Below, piece after piece: positions 7,356 to 15,578 of a DNA stretch of 64,000 nucleotides (within the stretch, counting starts at the first letter, position 1; each line of letters starts with the position of its first letter). The stretch comes from a virus. The translations under genes were made by a program, and so were the position numbers. The notes below the pieces were generated by a model, which was given only the letters and a program-made list of their open reading frames with translations, was not told the origin of the DNA and searched no databases. The DNA lies in the IMG/VR virus record IMGVR_UViG_3300005680_000007, positions 1-64,000 of that record; one strand, given 5' to 3'.

Positions 7356-7495
7356 CAATCCTCGACCGCCTGTTGGATTGCCTTGGCGAGGCTGTCACAA
7401 TGTGATTTGTAGAGCGCCGGATCGTCTCGGCACGGCTCGTGTTGCAGGAAATGCTCGGCCAATTCATAGCTTTTCACGTCATATGTCTTGATCAT
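7331..7495 (-). CDS. hypothetical phage protein with its 3' end replaced by the IS insertion
   Basis: Start MIKTYDV at 7495 with GAGGG upstream. The current C-terminus ...DWFVT-CLSG* is read from IS sequence. Deleting the IS and one repeat copy restores ...DWFVTPETAVKRI*. Confidence 0.6.
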   Translation of the reverse strand: MIKTYDVKSYELAEHFLQHEPCRDDPALYKSHCDSLAKAIQQAVEDWFVTCLSG

Positions 7496-7521
7496 CTTTC
7501 CCTCGCTTATCAGTCGTTTCG

Positions 7522-7686
7522 TCAGAAATAGTACGGCCAGACTTGGCCGCATCTCGTGCATCGATAGTGCAGCGTCTCATCTTCGTCGCGGCCTCGCAGT
7601 TCAATGCGATGGCTCCATGTCAGCACGCACCAAAGCCATCTGATGCTGCCAAAGGCTTCCGCAATCCGCTCTCCAAGTCCAAGCAT
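7522..7686 (-). CDS. hypothetical small protein (54 aa, below track cutoff)
   Basis: ATG at 7686. Reads MLGLGERIAEAFGSIRWLWCVLTWSHRIELRGRDEDETLHYRCTRCGQVWPYYF. Confidence 0.3.
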   Translation of the reverse strand: MLGLGERIAEAFGSIRWLWCVLTWSHRIELRGRDEDETLHYRCTRCGQVWPYYF

Positions 7687-7702
7687 CTAATTTCCCATTT
7701 CG

Positions 7703-7906
7703 TCAGTTGGGGATGCGGGAGCGGCAGGTTGCGCACGACACAGCGTCGTGACCAGAGTGCGCCGCATTGGCCGGAACATCGCGACCGCATAGCGTCCACA
7801 AGAGCCGCACGCCAGGGTGAACATCCGCACCCTCGACCGCGTGAACAAAATCCTGCTTGTCCTTCCAGCGGATCGGCCTGTTGTTGATCGTCGAGAATGT
7901 AGCCAT
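7703..7906 (-). CDS. hypothetical protein
   Basis: 67-aa ORF on the same strand as the early-left operon. Confidence 0.4.
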   Translation of the reverse strand: MATFSTINNRPIRWKDKQDFVHAVEGADVHPGVRLLWTLCGRDVPANAAHSGHDAVSCATCRSRIPN

Positions 7907-7926
7907 GGGTTGTGCTCCATTAGGTG

Positions 7927-8616
7927 CTATTCCGCCGCCATCACGATCGGTTCTTGGATAAGAGCCAACGCAGCGCGGCCAATGTGTTCGCTGTAAGCGG
8001 GCGGAATCGCCTCGCTCAATTCAGTCAACGTCATCCAGTCGATCCCCATGGCCTCGGCCGCAGCGGATTTGTGCCCGCCCTCCCAAGTGTCGCGCGTGCC
8101 CCTGCCGCCTGCCGATGCTGCGCGACGCCTCGCGTGTCCACCATAGACGCCTATCACCGGGCGGGTATCGTGAGCGCAGGCGAGTTTCGGGATTGCAAAA
8201 TTGCTCTCAAAGTCCCGGTGCCGCTCTAGCCGGCATCCTTGACTGCCGAGACCAAACATTGAGCCACACAGCCGAACAGGATTGATGAGTGGTGCGCCAA
8301 CAACATTCTCTATGACCCACGGCACGCCGGCCGCCTTTAGCCGCTTGCGGAGCGGCGCGATAAGCTCCGGATTGGCATCGCCCTTAGCGCCTGGCGCGTG
8401 CTTCATCGCCGTATGCCGCTGGCAGGGAGGGGAAGCCCAAATGAAATCGAAGCCCTGAAAACGAACATCCAGAGCGTCGGCTTGGATAAATGGGAAAGGG
8501 TAGCGCGGCTGCGGCGCTATATCGACGCCGACCACATCGAAGCCGGCGCGCCATAGGCCCATGCTCGCGCCTCCGGCGCAGCAACAAAGGTCTATGGCTT
8601 TTGGTCTGATAGTCAT
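7927..8616 (-). CDS. DNA (cytosine-5)-methyltransferase
   Basis: Motif I DLCCCAGGAS, motif IV SPPCQ, motif VI ENV. 229 aa. Confidence 0.8.
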   Translation of the reverse strand: MTIRPKAIDLCCCAGGASMGLWRAGFDVVGVDIAPQPRYPFPFIQADALDVRFQGFDFIWASPPCQRHTAMKHAPGAKGDANPELIAPLRKRLKAAGVPWVIENVVGAPLINPVRLCGSMFGLGSQGCRLERHRDFESNFAIPKLACAHDTRPVIGVYGGHARRRAASAGGRGTRDTWEGGHKSAAAEAMGIDWMTLTELSEAIPPAYSEHIGRAALALIQEPIVMAAE

Positions 8617-8634
8617 CTAATTCGCCATATGGTG

Positions 8635-9138
8635 CTATTGAATACGCGGCCCCGGATGCATCTTGAGTCCGATCGCCATGCGCTCCAAGTGATCGAGAAT
8701 CGCGAATGTCTCATCGCCGAGCGCAGTGCCACCGCGCGTGCGCGTCCAGTGCGCTCGCGCCTCCGCGAACGTGAAATAACGGCAGCCAGCAATGATGACT
8801 GGCGCGCAATCCCTGTTGGTGGGAGTCACGAGGAATGTGTGGCCATCGCTACGGGTCGCGACGCAAATGCGTGTAGAGACCCGCGCATCGCCGTAGACCC
8901 ACGCATTGCCGTAGACCCGCGCATTGCCGTAGACCCACGCATTGCCGGAGACCCGCGCATTGTCGTAGACCCACGCATCGCCGTAGACCGAAAGGTTTTT
9001 TTCGCTCTCGATCCAGCCGCCTAGTTCGCCGGCAACGATCTCCAGCGCTGCGATGGCCACAACCGCGCGGATGCGATTCAGCTTGACGCCCAATTCGATC
9101 TTGGTTTCGCCGGTAAATTCATATTTGGCGTTTTTCAT
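8635..9138 (-). CDS. beta-helix repeat protein (YG[ND]A[WR]V hexapeptide-type repeats)
   Basis: Internal ATG at 9138 preceded by GGGGA. Reads GDAWVYDNARVSGNAWVYGNARVYGNAWVYGDARV. In the present sequence the ORF is also open upstream to 9393. Confidence 0.6.
   Translation of the reverse strand: MKNAKYEFTGETKIELGVKLNRIRAVVAIAALEIVAGELGGWIESEKNLSVYGDAWVYDNARVSGNAWVYGNARVYGNAWVYGDARVSTRICVATRSDGHTFLVTPTNRDCAPVIIAGCRYFTFAEARAHWTRTRGGTALGDETFAILDHLERMAIGLKMHPGPRIQ
8874..8987. repeat. about six tandem copies of an 18-bp unit (GTAGACCCACGCATTGCC-like)
   Basis: Seen directly in the sequence. It encodes the hexapeptide repeats of the ORF above. Confidence 0.85.
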
Positions 9139-9393
9139 GCTTATCCCCGTTGAGTAGAAATTAGCGAGCCGTTGCCATGGCGGGCCTCTGCTCCGGGGGG
9201 GGGGCAGTAACGATAACTGCCGATCCTCCGCGTCGAGATACCGGCAGGCCTGCCGCCAATAGCCCGGCGCATCCGGCGCGCAAGGCAAAGTCAACCGAAT
9301 GCCGCTGGAACGGGAACAGCAGAAGCCAAAAATACCGAACCCAAACGAGAGTACGAGGGTCAGTATCAAGGAAACGAGTTTGAGCTTTGTCAT
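9139..9393 (-). CDS. TM/signal-like leader ORF, currently fused in frame to the beta-helix protein through a C10 tract
   Basis: MTKLKLVSLILTLVLSFGFGIFGFCC... starts at 9393, with GGGAG 11 nt upstream. There is no stop before 9138 when the tract is 10 nt long. Confidence 0.35.
9195..9204. repeat. G10 (C10 on the coding strand) homopolymer
   Basis: ctccGGGGGGGGGGcag. It encodes PPP+R in the leader/beta-helix fusion frame. Confidence 0.95.
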
Positions 9394-9409
9394 GGCAATT
9401 AATGCTCCC

Positions 9410-9802
9410 TCACTTGCTCTGCGCGAAGCCGCGCGATTGAAGTTTTCGCCCTGCTGGCCACGGGTTCACGCGAGCGGGGATCTTCGAGCGCGGCCGGTTG
9501 CGCGTCTCGCCGCGGATGCGCTTCTGCTTTGCGATCTGCGGAACGTCGATCGTCCGTGTCTTGGCGTCGTGCTCGTCGGTTGGGCGAGGCTCGAGATTCC
9601 ACGGCGCGTCGGGACCGCCATCGGCCTTCCGGATCGGCCAGTGGTCGAAGTCAAAGCGCGCCAGAATTTGGGCCTCGGTCATCCCCTTCGCTTCCTCGTG
9701 CGAGATCACGCGAACCAGCGTCCCGTTCTCGTCCGGGCGCATGATGGTGAGCAGCGCCGCGCATAGACGGGTCTTGAGGGGGATGTAGGCACGCTTGCTC
9801 AT
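9410..9802 (-). CDS. HNH endonuclease-like protein
   Basis: Internal Met at 9802 (MSKRAYIPL...). Reads FDFDHWPIRKADGGPDAPWNLEPRPTDEHDAKT. The track N-terminal extension is Arg/Pro shadow. Confidence 0.55.
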   Translation of the reverse strand: MSKRAYIPLKTRLCAALLTIMRPDENGTLVRVISHEEAKGMTEAQILARFDFDHWPIRKADGGPDAPWNLEPRPTDEHDAKTRTIDVPQIAKQKRIRGETRNRPRSKIPARVNPWPAGRKLQSRGFAQSK

Positions 9803-10395
9803 GCCGCCTCCAGCGCGCCGCGTGCGGTCAGGTGCAGCCAGAGCAGCTTGGCGCGGGTGAGATCCTCGTGCGCGGTGTGGATGCCTTGTCGGGGCTTGAG
9901 GCCGAGGATGGTTTCGCAGGCGACGTCGAGGCTGGGCCAGCGGTAGCTGCCGGACGGGTGGTCGGACGGAATGCGGCAGAGCGCGGCGCATGCGGGAATG
10001 AGATCGACCACCTGAATGCCGGGGCGCACCCACATGCGCGGGTCTTTGCGCCGGCGGAGGAGGGCTGACTCCACCACCTTGCGATCGAACCCGACTCCGA
10101 AGCCGATCATGCAGTCGGCCTGAGCGGCGAGGTCGCAGAGGATGGCCAGCGCGGCGATCTCGGAAACGCCGGATCGGGATGCCTGCCGGGTCGAGATGCC
10201 ATGCACGGCTTGCGCACCGGCACGGATCGATCGGCCGTCGGCCTTGATGCGGAGCGAGACGAAATCCAGCGCGGCGCCGTCGTCCGTCGACAGTTCGGCC
10301 GCGACCGCGACGATCCAAGGCTGGCTCGCATCGTCGAGCGGGAGGTCGTCCCTGAGAAGGTCGCTGGTCTCGAGGTCGATCAGGAGCGCGGTCAT
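9799..10395 (-). CDS. DEDDh 3'-5' exonuclease (DnaQ-like)
   Basis: Starts at 10395 (MTALLIDLETSDL = Exo I). Also GFGVGFDRKVV (Exo II-like) and HTAHEDL (Exo III). ATGA overlaps on both sides. Confidence 0.65.
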   Translation of the reverse strand: MTALLIDLETSDLLRDDLPLDDASQPWIVAVAAELSTDDGAALDFVSLRIKADGRSIRAGAQAVHGISTRQASRSGVSEIAALAILCDLAAQADCMIGFGVGFDRKVVESALLRRRKDPRMWVRPGIQVVDLIPACAALCRIPSDHPSGSYRWPSLDVACETILGLKPRQGIHTAHEDLTRAKLLWLHLTARGALEAA

Positions 10396-10856
10396 GCGTA
10401 TTCGCGCTCCCGCTCGCGTTGGCGCTGCGGATTGCCGGCGCACATGGCCTCGATCTCGTCGCGAAGCGTCCCGGGGTCGAGACCGGGGATGATGTCGGTG
10501 CAGGTCACGTAGACCATCCGGTCGATCAGACGGGACATTGCCGCCTGGTCGAGCGCGGACAGGGACTTGCGCTGGATGTGCGCCTTGCCCGTGATCGGGT
10601 TGACGACGATCTTGACGTGCCGGGCCATTTCGCAAAGCACATCCATCGCCACTTCCTTGTCGAGGATGTCGTCGCGCGCGTCTGCGATCTTGCCGGCGAG
10701 CGCCCAGATGAACCGCATCTGGGCCGCGTTCTTCGGTGCCTTGACGATCACCAGCAGGTCCTTGTCGCTCGGAATGCGCGCCATGTCGTCGGCGGCGATC
10801 TGGTTCGCCGCCTCCAACTTGCCCTTCACCTTGCGCATCCATAGCTCGGTGCTCAT
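10392..10856 (-). CDS. NinB/Orf-like recombination mediator (DUF1367-like)
   Basis: 154 aa. The pattern NAAQMRFIWALAGKIA...KSLSALDQAAMSRLID resembles lambda NinB (NRKLWACLGDV...STSRM). It lies between the exonuclease and RecT. Confidence 0.4.
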   Translation of the reverse strand: MSTELWMRKVKGKLEAANQIAADDMARIPSDKDLLVIVKAPKNAAQMRFIWALAGKIADARDDILDKEVAMDVLCEMARHVKIVVNPITGKAHIQRKSLSALDQAAMSRLIDRMVYVTCTDIIPGLDPGTLRDEIEAMCAGNPQRQREREREYA

Positions 10857-11938
10857 GCCTGCAGTCTCGCCTCGTGCTGGCGGTACTTCGCCATCGCGGT
10901 CTCTTGATCCGGGGGGAACAGGCCGTCCATGCGCGGTGCGATTTCGTCATTCCAGATGGTTTCCAGCGCATCCGGATCGGTGATCGCGGCGAGCTTGGTT
11001 TCGATCCAGGTCAGGAACGCCTCCGGGTCCGTGCCCGCGTCAGGGATGGCGTTCTCTGCCGCAGCGGCGTGCTGGCGCTCGCGCCGCGTCGATTTCTTCT
11101 GAGGAGGGGGAGCCTCCTGCGCCTCGTCCCTGGGGACGAGGGTAGCTTCCGCGGCTTCGTCCGCTGCCGGGGTTGGCGGCGAAGGCGGAACCGGCGGCGC
11201 GGGAGGTTTCGGGGTGACGTCGCGGGCGGTGTGCGCCGGATCGTAGATGCGGCGCCCTTCCATTTCCTCGGCGCTCAACTGATTGCCGAGTTCTTCGGGG
11301 AAAGCCTTGCGGAGCGCGGCGGCCTCGGCGCATTTCTCCAGCTGCCCCTCGGGCCGTGACTGCCACATCTCGTTCGGCAGATCCGAGGAGCCGATGGTGG
11401 CGTAGCTTTCCAGCCAGCCGACCTTGGGGCCGACGAATTTGCAAACGCGGCCGTTCAGATCGCGATAGACCGTGATGCGGCACCATTCGGGAAATTGGAC
11501 CTGGACGGTCTTGTCCTCCCAATTTCCTTTGTTCTTCACCTTCCCGGTGAATTGCTGCTCGATCATCGGGCCGAACACGGCCTCGTCGCAGCCGGCGTAC
11601 TGGCCGGTGCGGAATGCGGTCGTGCGCAATTCGGCAATGCCCGGCCAGATGGTTTCGATGTAGCCGCCGGACTTGCTGTCCCACATCGGAACGATGTGAA
11701 CCGGCTTCTTGAACGGGTCGAGGTTGCGCGCTTTGCAGTAGGAGAGGACCATCGCGACGGAGTCGACGCTCTTCGCCGACGGGAAAACCGCCTCGACGAG
11801 AGCCTTCCAGCCGGACTTGTCGATCCCGAAGCGCTCCTGGATCGCAGGATGGTAGGGCAGGCGCGGCGGGCTGAATGCGACGACTTCGCCGCGCTCGGCG
11901 ACCGGCGCTTCGATCTTCTCTGCTGCTTGTGCGGTCAT
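10853..11938 (-). CDS. recT: RecT/Bet-family single-strand annealing protein
   Basis: Starts at 11938 (MTAQAAEK). Reads SYCKARNLDPFKKPVHIVPMW...MWQSRPEGQLEKCAEAAALRKAFPEE, with a Pro-rich C-terminal extension. Confidence 0.75.
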   Translation of the reverse strand: MTAQAAEKIEAPVAERGEVVAFSPPRLPYHPAIQERFGIDKSGWKALVEAVFPSAKSVDSVAMVLSYCKARNLDPFKKPVHIVPMWDSKSGGYIETIWPGIAELRTTAFRTGQYAGCDEAVFGPMIEQQFTGKVKNKGNWEDKTVQVQFPEWCRITVYRDLNGRVCKFVGPKVGWLESYATIGSSDLPNEMWQSRPEGQLEKCAEAAALRKAFPEELGNQLSAEEMEGRRIYDPAHTARDVTPKPPAPPVPPSPPTPAADEAAEATLVPRDEAQEAPPPQKKSTRRERQHAAAAENAIPDAGTDPEAFLTWIETKLAAITDPDALETIWNDEIAPRMDGLFPPDQETAMAKYRQHEARLQA

Positions 11939-11939
11939 G

Positions 11940-12875
11940 CTACGCAACTTTCCTTTGCTCTTCGATGCTGACACCTGGGATGTTCTCGCGGCCGGCGTCG
12001 ACGGCGCGCTGCGCAAGTTTGTCGAGCAGTCCGATCAGATCAGGATGATCCTTGACGTACCCGTAGAAGGCGTCACGGTCGGTCACGGTGGCCACCTTGA
12101 TCAGCTTCACGGAAGCGGCGCGGCCGTAGGCACCCTTGACCGGCGCCGGCGCGGCAGGAGGGGGCGGCGCGACGGGCGCAGGCTTTCCGGCATCCGCCGC
12201 CTTGCGGGCCGCTTCTTCGGCCGCGCGCTGCGCCTCGCGCTCCTTGCGAAGCTTTTCGGTTTCAAAGGCCGACATGGCGCGCGCGATCGCGTCGGCGGCT
12301 TCCTTCGCCATCTTGACCAACGGCATCCAGCGCGTGTCGACCGCCTTCGCCGCCTCCATGTGCGGCTTCTTGTCGGCCTCCCGGCGCTTGTCGGCGGTGC
12401 GGGACAATTCGTTGAGGCGCGCGCGCAGCGACTGCGCCTTGGCGAGCGTGGCGTCGTCCGCGATCGTGGCGTATTCGGACGCGCCGGCCTTCGCCGCCTC
12501 GATCTGCTCCTGCAGGATCAGCGCCTCGTCCTCCGGCGGATTGTTGCCGCCGATACCGGTGCGCTGCTGCTCGGCCACGGTCGGGTCGATGTCGGGCCAG
12601 TTTTCCCCGCGCTCGGTCACGGCAAGGTAGGTTTCGTGTGCGATCGGATTCGCCGAAGCCCACGGCCAGATTTCACGCGCGCGCAGGTCGGAGACGGGCG
12701 AGCCATCCATGACGCAGACCAGCGCGCCCTCCTGGTCGTACCAATAGGCTATCGGCACGAACGGGCCGTTCTTTTGCTTGCGGACACGATAGAACCCAGA
12801 CGCAGGGTGATCGACATGGCGCTCGGGGTCCCCGCCGGCCAACAGCGCGCGCCAGACCGAATAGTCATTGCTCAT
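11940..12875 (-). CDS. hypothetical early protein with central coiled coil
   Basis: Internal Met at 12875 (MSNDYSVW...), 311 aa. No motif recognised. Confidence 0.5.
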   Translation of the reverse strand: MSNDYSVWRALLAGGDPERHVDHPASGFYRVRKQKNGPFVPIAYWYDQEGALVCVMDGSPVSDLRAREIWPWASANPIAHETYLAVTERGENWPDIDPTVAEQQRTGIGGNNPPEDEALILQEQIEAAKAGASEYATIADDATLAKAQSLRARLNELSRTADKRREADKKPHMEAAKAVDTRWMPLVKMAKEAADAIARAMSAFETEKLRKEREAQRAAEEAARKAADAGKPAPVAPPPPAAPAPVKGAYGRAASVKLIKVATVTDRDAFYGYVKDHPDLIGLLDKLAQRAVDAGRENIPGVSIEEQRKVA

Positions 12876-13072
12876 CGCGGGGCTCCCTTCCTGATCTGCT
12901 CGGCCGCGAAGCGCTTGAGGCGCGCGGCGCATTCGAGTTGTGCGGCTTCCTGGTCCAGCGTGTCGGCGGCCTTGTGAGACAGCCCGCGCGCAAGATCGGT
13001 GATGAGTTTGGAGGCCACGTCGCCGATGGGGCGGAAGGTGTCGGGCATGTTGATGACCTTGTCGTCGCTCAT
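12872..13072 (-). CDS. hypothetical small protein
   Basis: Internal Met at 13072 (MSDDKVINMPD...). ATGA-type overlap. Confidence 0.45.
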   Translation of the reverse strand: MSDDKVINMPDTFRPIGDVASKLITDLARGLSHKAADTLDQEAAQLECAARLKRFAAEQIRKGAPR

Positions 13073-13320
13073 TTGAGTTTCATCGCCTCGATTTGTTGCT
13101 GCTGTAGGGAGGGGCCGCCGCCGGTTTCCATTAGGTGTTCGTAGTGGCGCTCCCAATCCGCCTCGGCCTTGCACTGCTCGGCTTCCTCGACGAGCTTGAT
13201 GATGCGGTCGTTGAATTCCGTGCGGATGCCGGCTTCCTCCAGAAGCCCGAGGATGGCCTCCTGCAATTCGCTTGGGGCGATGTCGGGAACGTCAGGGCTT
13301 TCGGGGCGCTTTGCCATCAC
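13069..13320 (-). CDS. hypothetical small acidic protein
   Basis: 83-aa ORF within a run of overlapping starts and stops. Confidence 0.45.
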   Translation of the reverse strand: MMAKRPESPDVPDIAPSELQEAILGLLEEAGIRTEFNDRIIKLVEEAEQCKAEADWERHYEHLMETGGGPSLQQQQIEAMKLK

Positions 13321-13763
13321 CGAGATTCACCTTCGAACTGCTCTGGCCGAACTTGAGTTTGCGGCGGTTCATTCCGAAGATTGATGAATGCGCGAACCAC
13401 GTCGTAGATTGTTCGCTCGTCGATCAGCGGCAGGCAGAATTTCAATTCCGTAATTTCGAGGGTGCTGACCGGCTGTAATTTGGTCGGATCGCAGCCAATG
13501 TCGCTGACCAAATCCGGCACATTAGCCACGGTTACGACGCCCCCGGCCTCGCGGGCAAACGAGGGACTGTCGGCCATGTCGCCGAGGACCTTTTTCGCCT
13601 TTGCACTCTCTGCCCAGCGACGCATTGCGCGGCAGTCAGATCGCGTTTTTCCCCAAGTGGTTACGTTGTATCGGTATTCGTCGTCGATCGCGAGGATTGC
13701 CAACCGCTGCGCCTCGGACTGGTTGCCTATCACGCGGGCCGTGTTGATGGAGATGGCCTTCAT
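13317..13763 (-). CDS. hypothetical protein
   Basis: 148-aa ORF in the same operon. No motif recognised. Confidence 0.5.
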   Translation of the reverse strand: MKAISINTARVIGNQSEAQRLAILAIDDEYRYNVTTWGKTRSDCRAMRRWAESAKAKKVLGDMADSPSFAREAGGVVTVANVPDLVSDIGCDPTKLQPVSTLEITELKFCLPLIDERTIYDVVRAFINLRNEPPQTQVRPEQFEGESR

Positions 13764-14023
13764 GACTGGCGCTCCATCGAGAGTGCGTTCATTGCCCCGC
13801 GATAGGTCTTGTACCAGCCGACATTGACGAGCCTCACGGTGCCGTCTGGCTGGCGCACACGGCGGTCCAAAGCGAAACGATACTCGCCGTAGGTGTCGCC
13901 GGTCACAGACTGTTCCTCGATAATGAAGTCCCCAATATCCTCCCGGATGCGGCTGCCGCGCGTCGTTTTGATGTTGACCGCGCGATTTAATTCCGTACCA
14001 AAACTTTCCCCGCTGTCAGTCAT
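13760..14023 (-). CDS. hypothetical protein
   Basis: 87-aa ORF overlapping the next gene by 4 nt. Confidence 0.5.
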   Translation of the reverse strand: MTDSGESFGTELNRAVNIKTTRGSRIREDIGDFIIEEQSVTGDTYGEYRFALDRRVRQPDGTVRLVNVGWYKTYRGAMNALSMERQS

Positions 14024-14074
14024 GTCGTTGATTTCCCTTGTTAGGCTCCGTACTTTTCGAGGCTAAATTCAGCT

Positions 14075-14239
14075 TCACCGGCGCTCCCTAACGAATGTCT
14101 CGACCGCGGCTTCATCCGCGATGACGTTCTCGACGCCGCGGCACTCGTCGCAGGCCAGAACCTCAATGCCGCAGGTGATGCAGCGGGTGAGGGTGCGGTC
14201 TCCCTTGTGGCAGAGATCGCAATCTCCGAACGCGCTCAT
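14075..14239 (-). CDS. small zinc-ribbon-like protein (54 aa, below track cutoff)
   Basis: ATG at 14239 overlaps the upstream stop. Reads MSAFGDCDLCHKGDRTLTRCITCGIEVLACDECRG... Confidence 0.4.
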   Translation of the reverse strand: MSAFGDCDLCHKGDRTLTRCITCGIEVLACDECRGVENVIADEAAVETFVRERR

Positions 14240-14448
14240 GCCGCGCACTCCCGAGTGATCTGGCGCGCCTTCTGCAAATGCTCGACGCGGAGCAGGTGCA
14301 TCATCGCGGCCTTGTATTTCCCGGCCATCGCGAGGCGTGCGGCTTCTTTCCGGTGCCGGCGGATGGCGCTGCGGATGATTGCGGCAGGCGAGATCGAGGG
14401 GGCGGGGACTCCCGCCTGCCGCGTTGTGGGTGATCCGATACGCGACAT
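14236..14448 (-). CDS. hypothetical small basic protein
   Basis: 70-aa ORF in the operon. Confidence 0.4.
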   Translation of the reverse strand: MSRIGSPTTRQAGVPAPSISPAAIIRSAIRRHRKEAARLAMAGKYKAAMMHLLRVEHLQKARQITRECAA

Positions 14449-14452
14449 GGCG

Positions 14453-14530
14453 TCACCCGATGAAAAACTGGTGGATCGCGATGATCGCGATCACGGCGAA
14501 GATGCAGAGCATGGAGCGGAAGGATGCCAT
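14453..14530 (-). CDS. possible 25-aa hydrophobic peptide
   Basis: MASFRSMLCIFAVIAIIAIHQFFIG. It fills the gap between two genes exactly. Very short, so tentative. Confidence 0.2.
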   Translation of the reverse strand: MASFRSMLCIFAVIAIIAIHQFFIG

Positions 14531-14952
14531 CACGCGGCCCTCTGCTGCTCAGGCGCGCTGCTCGCCGCGATCTGCTCGATCAGGTCGACAATGCGGCGAC
14601 GGGTCTTCGGGTCAGGAATTGCGGTGAAGCTGCGCGCGATAGCGATGCCGTCACCCGTGGCGAGGAAGTCGTCGACGAAGGTTGCCTGGTCGCCGTCGCC
14701 AGCAGGCACGAGGCCTGATCCGACATGGACGCCATCGAAGAAGAACGACACCGGCACCTGGAGGATTTCCGCAATTTGCGCCATGCGGCTGGCGCCGATG
14801 CGGTTGGTCCCTTTCTCGTATTTCTGGACCTGCTGAAAGGTGAGGCCGAGCGCATCACCCAGCTTCTCCTGCGACATGCCGAGCATCATCCGACGCATCC
14901 GCACGCGGCTGCCGACATGCTTATCCGTGGGGTTCGGGCTCTTGATCGACAT
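14530..14952 (-). CDS. XRE-family helix-turn-helix transcriptional regulator
   Basis: VGSRVRMRRMMLGMSQEKLGDALGLTFQQVQKYEKGTNRIGASRMAQIAEIL is a classic HTH_3 sequence. Confidence 0.8.
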   Translation of the reverse strand: MSIKSPNPTDKHVGSRVRMRRMMLGMSQEKLGDALGLTFQQVQKYEKGTNRIGASRMAQIAEILQVPVSFFFDGVHVGSGLVPAGDGDQATFVDDFLATGDGIAIARSFTAIPDPKTRRRIVDLIEQIAASSAPEQQRAA

Positions 14953-14955
14953 TGC

Positions 14956-15345
14956 TCACCCCCTCATGCTGCGCTGGAAGTCGTGCCGCTGGCCTTCGCT
15001 GCGCGCGTCCTCGCGGTACTGCGCCGCAAGCTTGTCGAGCAGCGCCGCCGCGTTGTCGTCGGTGGCGTTGAAGCATTGCTCCTTGAAGCTTTCGGCCAGT
15101 TGCTTCTCGGTGATGGTCATGTGCCGCGCGGCGTAGCGCCCGAGCGCGTGGATCAGGTTGTCGGCGATCACCGCAACCGTCCGGCAATCGTCGGCTAGGT
15201 TCTCCGCATCCGCGGCGTCAGGGCCGCTGCCAAGGATTTCGGTGGGCTGGAAATTCGCCAGCGCCTTCACCGCGTCCATGATGGCGCGCTCGAGGATCAG
15301 GCGGTCGGGGGAGGGAAGGCGGCGGACTTCGGCGCTGGCGGGCAT
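14956..15345 (-). CDS. hypothetical protein, first gene of the leftward early operon
   Basis: 129-aa ORF. GGAG lies 6 nt upstream of the ATG and a sigma70-like promoter lies just upstream. Confidence 0.5.
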   Translation of the reverse strand: MPASAEVRRLPSPDRLILERAIMDAVKALANFQPTEILGSGPDAADAENLADDCRTVAVIADNLIHALGRYAARHMTITEKQLAESFKEQCFNATDDNAAALLDKLAAQYREDARSEGQRHDFQRSMRG

Positions 15346-15364
15346 GTCTGGCTCCGTTCTGATG

Positions 15365-15398
15365 CTGGAAATATTTTCCAGTTTACGGACAATGTCAA
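15365..15398 (-). promoter_or_regulatory. pL-like promoter with an overlapping palindromic operator
   Basis: On the minus strand: TTGACA (15398-15393), a 17-nt spacer, then AATATT (15375-15370). The 7-3-7 palindrome CTGGAAA-TAT-TTTCCAG (15365-15381) covers the -10. Confidence 0.55.
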
Positions 15399-15406
15399 CA
15401 GGGTCT

Positions 15407-15420
15407 TGGAATTTATTTCG
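15407..15420. promoter_or_regulatory. second operator-like half-palindrome (TGGAATTTATTTCG)
   Basis: It resembles TGGAATTTAATTCCA in the cI/cro intergenic region. Confidence 0.35.
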
Positions 15421-15543
15421 GAGTGTGGATATATTGGCGGCGGCCGGTGGAATCGGCCCCCCGCGGAGCCGCTCCAGAGTGGCCCATATTCGCCCGGAAA
15501 CGGGCCCTGCGTTCGCGTACCGCGTCGGCCCGGTGTCTCGGGG

Positions 15544-15578
15544 CCAAAAACGGAAAAAGCCCGCCTGTGGGGCGGGCT
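15544..15578 (-). terminator. rho-independent terminator (minus strand)
   Basis: 9-bp stem AAGCCCGCC/GGCGGGCTT with loop TGTG. On the minus strand it is followed by TTTTTCCGTTTTT. Confidence 0.7.

Noticed and set aside
5652-7412. 586-aa plus-strand ORF.
   Set aside because: It is antisense to the IS1595 transposase and its passenger ORFs and has shadow composition. The minus strand carries the recognisable DDE transposase.
8874-8987. Regular 18-bp repeats considered as a CRISPR-like array.
   Set aside because: The units are contiguous with no spacers, they lie inside an ORF, and they translate into in-frame hexapeptide repeats.
9410-10971. Long N-terminal extensions of the track ORFs 9410-10318 and 9799-10971.
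   Set aside because: The extensions overlap the upstream genes in another frame and are Arg/Pro-rich. Internal Mets at 9802 and 10395 give ATGA-coupled genes with recognisable HNH and DEDDh motifs.
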